Shown: positions 7,989 through 16,130, numbered from the stretch's first letter. The stretch: 34,540 nucleotides of DNA from Clostridia bacterium (GCA_017456465.1 JAFTJJ010000014.1:1-34540); one strand, 5' to 3'. Numbers and translations: made by a program. The notes: generated by a model from the letters alone, not told the origin.

Positions 7989-9023
7989 ATGTTTGTTATT
8001 AATGAAAAATTGAGAGAGGATGTCACATCCAACATCCCTGAAGTGTTCACACCAAGACAAAAACTTATTTGCGCTTACAAGAGACTATGTGAAAAACTTG
8101 AATATTCAATGCCAGCTTACATCAACACAGAAAGGCATGAAGGTTTTTACAGAAACCCATCAAAACTTGAACTAATTGATGGTGAAACACGACGCGACAT
8201 CATGTGTTATTCTTTTGCTGCAATTTTTTCTGAAATTGTTCGCGGAATGAATCTTCCACATGTCTTTACTTATCCTCCGAAGCTCGGCAAAAACAAGATT
8301 TTCGATCCAGACCACACATCTCTCAGGGTGTTTTTTGATGGCGATGAACTTGAGTTTGATCCACTCGGAGGAGTGATTGACAACAATGACATGAACAATG
8401 TCAAATTTGGACTCCCGGTTGCTGGAATTTCAGTGAACTATGCAAGAAAGGGAACAACCAAGAAAAAACTTGAAAAAGAAATCATGAACGACATTTCTGT
8501 TGTTTGCACAACAGAAAGATCACCAAAACATCACTTGGCGCTTGAATTTGAAAAAGTTGATGAATATGATTTTTCTGATCTTGACTTTGAAAGACGCCTT
8601 GCAATTTTCATGCGAAAATTGTCTGAAATTGATGAGCCAGTGTCGGCCGTCATGCTCAATTACATCATCAGACTCAAAAGAATGCTGTTTTTAAAAAGTG
8701 AAGATTGCGTGAACTTTGATCTTAAGTTTTTGAGCGATATCAAAAATGATCACAAACTTGTGTTCGTGAGCGCCAATCCAAAAGGTTATGAAAAGATAAA
8801 AGGCAAAGAAAATTTTGACTCATTGACTGTCACAATGTTTGATTTTTATTCACACAAAATCGTCACTTTTTCAAGAGATGAAGCACTGGAAATTGAGAAA
8901 AATCCAAACCTCTGCATTGACTCATCATCAAAATATTTAAAGTTTCACTTTTTGATGGCAAGCGATGGGCTGGAACGCGTTTCACAATCGGGCAATCAAC
9001 ACGTTCCAAGCGAAAGAATGTGA
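7989..9023 (+). CDS. Hypothetical protein with an N-terminal transglutaminase-like (papain-fold) Cys-His-Asp domain
   Basis: 344 aa with AAGGTGA upstream. The motif order is typical of transglutaminase-like cysteine proteases: TPRQKLICAYKRLCEKLEY, then DIMCYSFAAIFSEIVRGMNLP (Cys), DHTSLRVFF (His), EFDP (Asp). The C-terminal ~200 aa are unrecognised. Confidence 0.55.
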   Translation: MFVINEKLREDVTSNIPEVFTPRQKLICAYKRLCEKLEYSMPAYINTERHEGFYRNPSKLELIDGETRRDIMCYSFAAIFSEIVRGMNLPHVFTYPPKLGKNKIFDPDHTSLRVFFDGDELEFDPLGGVIDNNDMNNVKFGLPVAGISVNYARKGTTKKKLEKEIMNDISVVCTTERSPKHHLALEFEKVDEYDFSDLDFERRLAIFMRKLSEIDEPVSAVMLNYIIRLKRMLFLKSEDCVNFDLKFLSDIKNDHKLVFVSANPKGYEKIKGKENFDSLTVTMFDFYSHKIVTFSRDEALEIEKNPNLCIDSSSKYLKFHFLMASDGLERVSQSGNQHVPSERM

Positions 9024-9122
9024 TTTGGTTCAAATTGACCAATTAAAAACAAAATGTCTGATTGTGTTTGAAAACCTCACTTTTTGATGTAAAATATCAA
9101 GGAAAAGTGAGGATGGGTGCAA

Positions 9123-9536
9123 ATGAGAATCAATCAGTGTGGAAGTGCAATTTACAAATTCGGTGAAACACCAAAACTTGCTTGTGTGGTGTCTCAAGAA
9201 GTCGAAACCGAAGAGCCAAAATATTGGGACAGAACAATCACAATCGGCACTCTTTCAATGAAAAAGCTGCTGACTTTGCATGATTACAACATTCCTGAAA
9301 CGGGTGAACATCAAAAACAAAATGTGATTTGTTTTGAAAATTTTTTTGTTGTTGACACAACAAAAAGAAGTCAAAGTGCGGAAGAAGCCAGATTTTTTGA
9401 CACTTATTCATATGATGGAACACACCTTCTTTCATCAAACAAGCCTTGGGAAGATCAAGATCAAATCCAAACAGAACAAACTCTTGCAAAAATCGAAAAA
9501 GAAAAAGAGAGTTTTGAACAAACAGAAAAATTTTAA
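9123..9536 (+). CDS. Small hypothetical protein, paralogue 1 (137 aa)
   Basis: ATG 9123 lies downstream of GAGGATGGG. It shares FGxxPKL, CF(E/D)xFFVxD, FFxxYxY and a W(E/D)D-type motif (WEDQ here, WDDA in the paralogue) with the product of 9654..10061. Confidence 0.6.
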   Translation: MRINQCGSAIYKFGETPKLACVVSQEVETEEPKYWDRTITIGTLSMKKLLTLHDYNIPETGEHQKQNVICFENFFVVDTTKRSQSAEEARFFDTYSYDGTHLLSSNKPWEDQDQIQTEQTLAKIEKEKESFEQTEKF

Positions 9537-9550
9537 TTGCAAAGACACAA

Positions 9551-9584
9551 AAGCACAGGTTACAGACAGCCTGTGCTTTTGCTT
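9551..9584 (+). terminator. Rho-independent terminator
   Basis: AAGCACAGG (9551-9559) pairs with CCTGTGCTT (9570-9578), then a T-run. Confidence 0.75.
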
Positions 9585-9593
9585 GTTCACTAC

Positions 9594-9622
9594 TGTACAA
9601 ATCGTTGAATTTGTGATATAAT
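9594..9622 (+). promoter_or_regulatory. Extended -10 promoter (duplicated promoter module, copy 1)
   Basis: TGTACA (9594-9599), 17-nt spacer, TGaTATAAT (9614-9622). The context TTGTGATATAATATTTATAATAAAA recurs at 10120. Confidence 0.6.
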
Positions 9623-9653
9623 ATTTATAATAAAAATATTGGGAGAAATTGAA

Positions 9654-10061
9654 ATGCAAACATCTGTCCATGAGCAGGTTTATTTTTTCGGAAATTACCC
9701 AAAACTCAAGGCGAAAATCCAATTAACACAAAAAAGAGGTTGGGGATCGGATTTTGAGGCTGAAATTGAACTTTTTGACATGAAAGGCAACAAACTTTTT
9801 GAATTTGAAACCTATGATCTCAAAAGAAAAGGCAAGAGCCTTTTGAAAACCGCTCTGTGCTTTGATGATTTCTTTGTTCTTGATTCACATCTGGTGGACA
9901 AAACACGTGGAATCGATCGATGTTTTTTCAGGGCTTATGACTATAATGCAAATTTGATTTTGTCTGAGCAAAATTCATCATGGGATGATGCTGAGGGCTA
10001 CAAAAAAGTCAGATTGAAGCAAAAATATGATATGCTTGATGAAAGTGGAAGAATGTGGTAA
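9654..10061 (+). CDS. Small hypothetical protein, paralogue 2 (135 aa)
   Basis: ATG 9654 lies 8 nt after GGGAG (9641-9645); the ORF-track TTG 9639 overlaps the SD. It is a paralogue of 9123..9536. Confidence 0.6.
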   Translation: MQTSVHEQVYFFGNYPKLKAKIQLTQKRGWGSDFEAEIELFDMKGNKLFEFETYDLKRKGKSLLKTALCFDDFFVLDSHLVDKTRGIDRCFFRAYDYNANLILSEQNSSWDDAEGYKKVRLKQKYDMLDESGRMW

Positions 10062-10103
10062 AAGACAAGGCAGTCATCAATCAGCCATTAAAATCAATGG
10101 GAC

Positions 10104-10132
10104 TTGAAATATCTTACATTGTGTGATATAAT
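10104..10132 (+). promoter_or_regulatory. Extended -10 promoter (duplicated promoter module, copy 2)
   Basis: TTGAAA (10104-10109), 17-nt spacer, TGaTATAAT (10124-10132). Confidence 0.65.
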
Positions 10133-10170
10133 ATATAATAATAAAATTGTGATTCTTTTTGGGGGGAATT

Positions 10171-11229
10171 ATGATAAATTTAAACATGTTAACAGAAGAA
10201 AAACAAACAGCACTTCTTGAAAGAATTGATGCTCTTTCTGCTGAGATTGAATCTTTTCAAAGCTCTGGTGGAGACATTTATGATGAAAGAAGAAAATTGC
10301 CTTATTATGAACGCGTGCGTTCAATTGTGAGAAGTTTGAGAAAAGAACTTGGGGATGAAAATGTTTCATATGAGGATGTCTATGAACTTTGTGGGATCAA
10401 ATTCGACAGAGATTGGAACACTTTCATGACATGGATTGAAAGATTGGCGGAAACTGCCGATGAAGATGGGTTTGTTGATTCAATCAGGGATGACAAGGGT
10501 GCAAATGCGCTCTATAATGATCTTGCCTATTATGCCGAAAAATATGGAACAAGCAACTTCGATTTTCTTGTTTTGATGACACCGTTTTCATTGCGTGAAG
10601 CAATGGTGAACGTTGGTGACTATGATTCATACTTGAGGGGTCAACTTCGCGAGGCTTATTGCGACGGTGAGGCAGAAGGCATCAGACATGATGAACCTGC
10701 ACTATATGAAAAAATTCGACAGTCTCAAAAATACACACCGGGAGCAACTGGCAAAGACATGTTTGACAAATTTGATCTTGTGAATGAAAGAGTTCATGAA
10801 ACAAGAACGATTGACCAGCCAAAGCAAGCGTCAGAAATCATTGAAAGACTTGAACAGCTTTATCCATCGCATGTGGTTGGAAGACTCATTGAAGATGACA
10901 AAAAAACTTATTATGACGTTGTCAGAATCAGCAGAAATGAAGGGAAAAATCCAAAAGCTTGGCTTGAATCACATGGTTTTGATTATCCATCTGGAATCAC
11001 AAACACACATCCACAAACAAGAACAAAAATCGACACAGCAAAACGCGCTGAGATGCTTCGAGGAATGAAGGCTGAAATCATGAAAGAGTTCAATCTTGAA
11101 GGTGCTGATGACATTGACATCTATCACGCAAATCTTGAAGCGACAAAACGCGTGATTGAAAAAGTTAATCAAATGTATGCGACCAAGGAAAATTCGGAAA
11201 CATTGCAGGGGGAAGAAAAAAATGATTGA
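10171..11229 (+). CDS. Acidic hypothetical protein (352 aa)
   Basis: ATG 10171 follows GGGGGGA. The sequence looks helical and acidic and has no catalytic or NTP-binding motif. YYxxVR...G(F/I)(D/K)(Y/F) segments recur internally. Confidence 0.6.
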   Translation: MINLNMLTEEKQTALLERIDALSAEIESFQSSGGDIYDERRKLPYYERVRSIVRSLRKELGDENVSYEDVYELCGIKFDRDWNTFMTWIERLAETADEDGFVDSIRDDKGANALYNDLAYYAEKYGTSNFDFLVLMTPFSLREAMVNVGDYDSYLRGQLREAYCDGEAEGIRHDEPALYEKIRQSQKYTPGATGKDMFDKFDLVNERVHETRTIDQPKQASEIIERLEQLYPSHVVGRLIEDDKKTYYDVVRISRNEGKNPKAWLESHGFDYPSGITNTHPQTRTKIDTAKRAEMLRGMKAEIMKEFNLEGADDIDIYHANLEATKRVIEKVNQMYATKENSETLQGEEKND

Positions 11230-12304
11230 AATTCAAAGAGCACTTCCATCAAAATTTGGAAAGCGTGACCTCATGGGCAAAGACCACTGGCACACACTTG
11301 ACATTGATGAATACCGAATTGTTCAACCAACAATAATTTGCCTTGGCGGAAACGGAACAACTGATGACACACCTGAAACACAAGTTGGTGACAAACATCG
11401 TACAGGTTTGCAAAAAGCCAACGCGTTTTGCAAGCTTCTTGAGTCTCTTGTTGGACTCAAAATGGCTGGCAAAAACATATCTTCAACATACAGAGATGTT
11501 GAGGTTTTGGGTTTTTCTTATGGCAAAGATCGCATTTCTGACAGAACGGGCAATTTTTCAATCGGATATGTAAGAAAAATCGTAAACAATCTCTTGATGC
11601 CACTTTTCATGGATGAAAAACATGAACTTTTGCCTCCAATTGAATCGGCAAGAAATTTGTCACTCGTGACATTCTTCACTCATTGTCATGGATCAAGAGA
11701 ACTTGATCGAATCATGAAAATGCTTCATGATGAACTTGTCTACAAAGGATATTCTTCAGACACAGTGCAAGAAATTTTTTCTTACACCATGAACGTTGCT
11801 TATTGTCCACTTCCAGACGAAACATGGATTCCGACCATCAGGGTTGAAAGCATGACAGACAGTTTGAATGTTGGTCTTTCTGGCCTCTACAGAGATTATT
11901 ATGGCAAAAAGCTCAATGGAATTGATGTGAGATATGACAAGCCAAACTTCTCAAGAGGAAAGAAACTTCCTGATTGGATGAATCATCCTTACGCTGACAG
12001 AGTGACGATTTATACATCACGCATGGTCAACACAAAAGAAAACAGTGATCTAAGGAATCTCATTGATGAGCACACAGCATTCTTGCTTGGACGAAACGCA
12101 GATGACTGGTCAATCAAAACAAAAGCAACAAACCTTGATGCTGTGTCCCAAATGACAGCACTTGCTCTTGGTGAAAAAATTGCTTGCTCACTTCAAAATT
12201 ACAGAAAAGGCAGCGGTGATGTTATCAAAATTGAGGTGTCTCAAATTTATGACTATTGCAAAAACATTTTGGAGTGGTTTGATGAATCCGAACTCCAGTG
12301 TTAA
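11222..12304 (+). CDS. Hypothetical protein, possibly alpha/beta-hydrolase-like with a Cys nucleophile (360 aa)
   Basis: ATG 11222 follows GGGGGAAG and overlaps the upstream stop by 8 nt (ATGATTGA). Motif order is IICLGGNGT (oxyanion-loop-like), FFTHCHGS (small-x-Nu-x-small elbow with Cys), PLPDE, IDEHTAF. The functional call is speculative. Confidence 0.5.
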   Translation: MIEIQRALPSKFGKRDLMGKDHWHTLDIDEYRIVQPTIICLGGNGTTDDTPETQVGDKHRTGLQKANAFCKLLESLVGLKMAGKNISSTYRDVEVLGFSYGKDRISDRTGNFSIGYVRKIVNNLLMPLFMDEKHELLPPIESARNLSLVTFFTHCHGSRELDRIMKMLHDELVYKGYSSDTVQEIFSYTMNVAYCPLPDETWIPTIRVESMTDSLNVGLSGLYRDYYGKKLNGIDVRYDKPNFSRGKKLPDWMNHPYADRVTIYTSRMVNTKENSDLRNLIDEHTAFLLGRNADDWSIKTKATNLDAVSQMTALALGEKIACSLQNYRKGSGDVIKIEVSQIYDYCKNILEWFDESELQC

Positions 12305-12327
12305 AACAAACATAGGGAAATTTAGTT

Positions 12328-13431
12328 ATGCAACAAAAAAACATACAAGCGCTGCGTGCTGAACATGAACGCAGAGAAGTTGAATATGCAAGGTCAATGC
12401 AGAGGGTTTTCCCACCTGAACTTTTTGATGCAGTGAAGTCAAACATCGACAAACTTGAAAAACTGGGAGTTCAGGGTGAATTCAAAAGAGACTTTGAAAT
12501 CAAGGTTTCAGATCTCGAATGGGTCATGGGTGATTTTTTGACTCGCGCTGTGATCAATGAAGACTATGCAGGAAAACTTGGGAGCGTGCTCAATGGAACA
12601 AATCCAAACCTTGACATTGAAAGAATCACATCCATCAAACACCCTGAGTTTTCCAAAGCGGGATTGGATGAAAATCTGGCAACAAGGACAAATCCGAATG
12701 GAAAGGAAGAACTCATAAAACTTTCAAAAAGTCGTGTTGTGTTTCCACTTGCCAAAAGAAAACAAAAGGATGTTTTGACAACAAACTTTGAATGCCTTGC
12801 AATATCGATTCACGAAAGCGGACACGCGGTAGCAGAAAGAAACATTTCCGGAAAACCACTCCAAATGAAATGCGAAGAAATCGGTGAGATTGAAAGCATG
12901 GTGATTGAACGACTCTTTATGTTCCATATGTGCATGAGTCAAACAAACATGAACAGTCACTTCATGAACAAATGGCATCAACCATTTGCAGACGGGGCTG
13001 TGGGGGATGGCATTCTCAAAAAGGCATATTTGGATCATTTGCTTGAATCAAACAAAGGGCTTCTGCATCGCCTTGAAAAGATTACTGATGCAAATCATTG
13101 TTCTGTTTTTGGATCTGACCATGAAGCATCAAAACAATATGCCGCAAGGTATGTTTTTGGCGAAATTGTCTCAACATTGTTTTTGACTGAATATGTCTTG
13201 AATCCAAGTGAGGCGATGGAAAACCTTAACAATTTTGTCAAACACAATCATGAGATCACAAAATTTGGTGATGTGGCTGAAATGCTGCTTCCTCAAACTC
13301 TTGAAAAATTGAGAGCAAAACCTGAAAATCAGGGAAAAGGTTGGCATGAACTTGTCATCAAAAGATACATTGATCTTTCAAGCGTATTGGCTGATGAAAA
13401 AATCGTTGATGATTATGATGAAAAATTTTAA
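12328..13431 (+). CDS. Putative zinc metallopeptidase (HExxH...E, gluzincin-like), 367 aa
   Basis: AISIHESGHAVAE is followed about 25 residues later by GEIESMVIE. This spacing resembles M3/M32-type third-ligand Glu motifs. There is no signal peptide or TM segment. Confidence 0.6.
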   Translation: MQQKNIQALRAEHERREVEYARSMQRVFPPELFDAVKSNIDKLEKLGVQGEFKRDFEIKVSDLEWVMGDFLTRAVINEDYAGKLGSVLNGTNPNLDIERITSIKHPEFSKAGLDENLATRTNPNGKEELIKLSKSRVVFPLAKRKQKDVLTTNFECLAISIHESGHAVAERNISGKPLQMKCEEIGEIESMVIERLFMFHMCMSQTNMNSHFMNKWHQPFADGAVGDGILKKAYLDHLLESNKGLLHRLEKITDANHCSVFGSDHEASKQYAARYVFGEIVSTLFLTEYVLNPSEAMENLNNFVKHNHEITKFGDVAEMLLPQTLEKLRAKPENQGKGWHELVIKRYIDLSSVLADEKIVDDYDEKF

Positions 13432-13593
13432 ATCTTGCAAAATTGCAACAAGCAGATGAAATAAAAAAACAAGGGTCAACGATATTTTGTGGGAGTGAGT
13501 GATGAAGTTATTTAAAGCCCACCCAGCTTGTTGAAGTTGTTTCCCAGAGTTTGTCTGAAACAATGAAAAAATCAACTCTTAATCATTTGTGAA

Positions 13594-13622
13594 AACACCG
13601 ACAGAAATGCCGGTGTTTTTTT
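13594..13622 (+). terminator. Rho-independent terminator
   Basis: AACACCG (13594-13600) pairs with CGGTGTT (13611-13617), then a T-run to 13622. Confidence 0.75.
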
Positions 13623-13693
13623 GTGAGTAAATGCACATACTAGAAACAAAATAACAAATTAAAGTCAAAAAAAGACAAAAAGATGATTTTTGT

Positions 13694-13722
13694 TTGTCAA
13701 AAACAAAACAATGTGTTATGAT
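13694..13722 (+). promoter_or_regulatory. Extended -10 sigma-A promoter
   Basis: TTGTCA (13694-13699), 17-nt spacer, TGtTATGAT (13714-13722). Confidence 0.6.
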
Positions 13723-13759
13723 GTTTTGGTTAAATAACACAAAGGAGCAACATTAATCT

Positions 13760-14557
13760 ATGCTTTTCGACACGTTTCACATTTGTTACATAATTGTGTC
13801 AGCCTTGATAACAACTGGGCTTTTGATTGCATTCAAATATCTTTGCAAAACACAAAAAAGCAAAGATGTCACACTCAAAATCATTGCGATCTTTGTGGTT
13901 CTCATTCACTACAGTGAACTTTGGGTGAATTATCTTTCTAATGGTTACACAACAGTTGAGTCTCCGCTTTTGTTTCCGATTTATCCGTGCAATGTGATGA
14001 TGTGGCTCTTGCTTCTCACATCATACATTTCAAAAAAAGACACAATGTTTTATCGCATACTCACAGAGTTTGTTTCTCTTGCGGGAATTGTGTGCGCTGC
14101 CGCTGGAATTCTATTCAACTTCAATTACAACAACTGTGGGCTTGATTCATATGGAATCTTCAGTGGACTTTTTTCGCACAGTGTGATGTTTCTTGGCTGC
14201 ATTTATCTTTTAAGTGTTGCGAAAGTGAAAATCAGAATGTTCAATGTCGTCAGTGTTGTGTGTGGACTTCTGTTTTTCCTTGTTGATGGAGTGGTCATCA
14301 ACACAATTTTCAATCTTGCAGGACTCGATCCAGTGAACTCAATGTTTCTCATTGAGCCTCCGTTTGAGAACATGCCTTGGCTCAACACTTTGACCATCGG
14401 GATTGTTGCAATTGTTCTGGTTTTCATAATTGGAGCAATTGGTGAAGCTGTGTCACTTCCAAAAGAAGAAAGATGGCACCATAAACTTGCGGTTCGCTTC
14501 AAAGCCAAAAAAGAACAAACAAAAAATCAAAATATAAATCAAGAAACAAAAGAATAA
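13760..14557 (+). CDS. Polytopic membrane protein, YwaF/TMEM164-like family (paralogue of 852..1643)
   Basis: 265 aa with AAAGGAG upstream. It has a similar TM layout, with FPIYPCN at the position of LPLFLCS and a conserved His (LFSHSVMF compared with ITHAISGF). Confidence 0.6.
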   Translation: MLFDTFHICYIIVSALITTGLLIAFKYLCKTQKSKDVTLKIIAIFVVLIHYSELWVNYLSNGYTTVESPLLFPIYPCNVMMWLLLLTSYISKKDTMFYRILTEFVSLAGIVCAAAGILFNFNYNNCGLDSYGIFSGLFSHSVMFLGCIYLLSVAKVKIRMFNVVSVVCGLLFFLVDGVVINTIFNLAGLDPVNSMFLIEPPFENMPWLNTLTIGIVAIVLVFIIGAIGEAVSLPKEERWHHKLAVRFKAKKEQTKNQNINQETKE

Positions 14558-14581
14558 AAATCTGGGAACGGTGTTTGCAAA

Positions 14582-15163
14582 GTGTTCGAACTTCAAATTT
14601 TGGAATGGATCAACGCAAACCTTCATGGAGACAAGGTTTTGAATTTTCTCTTCGGTTTTGTCACAAACAGTGGCAACGCCGGATTGATTTGGATTGCTTT
14701 GTCTCTTATTTTTTTGATTCCAAAAAACACAAGAAAAGCTGGATTTGTGATGCTTGTCACACTGCTTTTGAGTTTCTTGCTTGTGGATGTGATTTTAAAG
14801 CCAACAATTTCAAGACCACGACCATATGAATTGAGCAAATCAATTTTTAACTTTTTGAAAACCGCTGGGATTGATATTCCGAGCTCACCGTCATTTCCAT
14901 CAGGGCATGCTTCAAGTGCATTTGCAACATCATTTGCAATGTATTTTCAAAACAAAAAATTCGGAAAACCACTTGTGATTTATGGCGTTATTGTGGCCAT
15001 CTCACGCATTTTCTTTTGTGTGCACTATGTTTCAGATGTGATCACTGGCGCAGTTATTGGCTTTTTAACTGCCTATTTCATTGTCGAAATTGTGAGAAAA
15101 TTCGATCGCAGACAAATCTCCAAGACTGGGGTTTTGAAAGTTCGAGATGACATAACTTTTTAG
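14582..15163 (+). CDS. PAP2-family lipid phosphatase (undecaprenyl-diphosphate/phosphatidate phosphatase type)
   Basis: All three PAP2 motifs are present: KPTISRPRP, PSGH and SRIFFCVHYVSDV. The GTG 14582 start is uncertain because the SD is poor. Confidence 0.85.
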   Translation: MFELQILEWINANLHGDKVLNFLFGFVTNSGNAGLIWIALSLIFLIPKNTRKAGFVMLVTLLLSFLLVDVILKPTISRPRPYELSKSIFNFLKTAGIDIPSSPSFPSGHASSAFATSFAMYFQNKKFGKPLVIYGVIVAISRIFFCVHYVSDVITGAVIGFLTAYFIVEIVRKFDRRQISKTGVLKVRDDITF

Positions 15164-15263
15164 CAATTTTGTATAAAGATAAAAAATTGCTACAAAATAT
15201 GTGCAAAAAGTACAAAAATGTGTATAATCATGCTTGAAAACACAATAACAGGAGATTTTTCTT

Positions 15264-16130
15264 ATGAAAAAAGTAGCGATTGTTACTGACAGCAATGCAG
15301 GAATCCATCAAAGTGAGGGTATTCAAGACCTTTTCATTGTTCCAATGCCATTCACAATCGATGGTGATGAGTTTTTTGAAGATGTGAACTTGTCTGCCAA
15401 TGAGTTCTATGCAGCACAAGACGCTGACAAAAGAATTTCCACATCGCAGCCTTCACCGGGTGATGTTCTTGAAATATGGAACAAAATCCTTGAAACCTAT
15501 GACGAACTTGTCTTCATTCCAATGTCAAGTGGACTTTCAAAAACATATGACACCGCAAAAATGCTGAGCGCAGATTTTGGTGGAAGAGTGCATGTTGCGG
15601 ATGCAAAAAGAATTTCTGTCACCATGCGTCATGCTGTGCTTGATGCTCTCAAACTTGCAGAACAGGGAATTGCTGCAAGCGAAATTTGTGAAATTCTTGA
15701 AAAACACGCTCTTGATGCAAGCATTTACATCATGGTTGACACATTGAAACACTTGAAACGCGGTGGAAGAATTACTCCAGTTGTTGCAGCATTTGGCACT
15801 CTTTTGCACATCAAACCAGTTCTCACCATTCAAGGTGACAAACTTGATTCTTATGCAAAAGTTATGAACATAAATCAGGGCAAAAAGAAAATGATTGATG
15901 CAATAAGAAAAGACATTGAAAACAGATTTTTGGATGATTTCAAAAACAAAAATCTTATAATTGATGTCGTTCATGCAAAGTGCAGAAACAAAGCCGAAGA
16001 ATTTGCTAGTGAAGTCAAATCTGCTTTCCCTGATGTTGAGTTTGGATGCATTGATGAACTTTCACTTTCTGTCGCAAGTCACATAGGTGCAGGTGCTCTC
16101 GCAATCACCATCACAAAAAAGTTGAGCTGA
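15264..16130 (+). CDS. DegV family fatty-acid-binding protein
   Basis: 288 aa. The N-terminus is VAIVTDSNAGI, followed by STSQPSPGD and the typical DegV length and layout. AGGAG lies 9 nt upstream. Confidence 0.85.
   Translation: MKKVAIVTDSNAGIHQSEGIQDLFIVPMPFTIDGDEFFEDVNLSANEFYAAQDADKRISTSQPSPGDVLEIWNKILETYDELVFIPMSSGLSKTYDTAKMLSADFGGRVHVADAKRISVTMRHAVLDALKLAEQGIAASEICEILEKHALDASIYIMVDTLKHLKRGGRITPVVAAFGTLLHIKPVLTIQGDKLDSYAKVMNINQGKKKMIDAIRKDIENRFLDDFKNKNLIIDVVHAKCRNKAEEFASEVKSAFPDVEFGCIDELSLSVASHIGAGALAITITKKLS

Noticed and set aside
9238-9722. ORFs 9238..9600 (-), 9334..9621 (+) and 9435..9722 (-) across the paralogue intergenic region
   Set aside because: They overlap the 9123 CDS, its terminator and the 9594 promoter. 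They have low-complexity Phe/Lys/Leu-rich products and no SD.
15161-15192. 10-bp AT-rich hairpin, TAGCAATTTT...AAAATTGCTA, after the PAP2 gene as a terminator
   Set aside because: It has no downstream T-run, a 12-nt loop and an almost entirely A/T stem. It may slow transcription, but I cannot support it as an intrinsic terminator.
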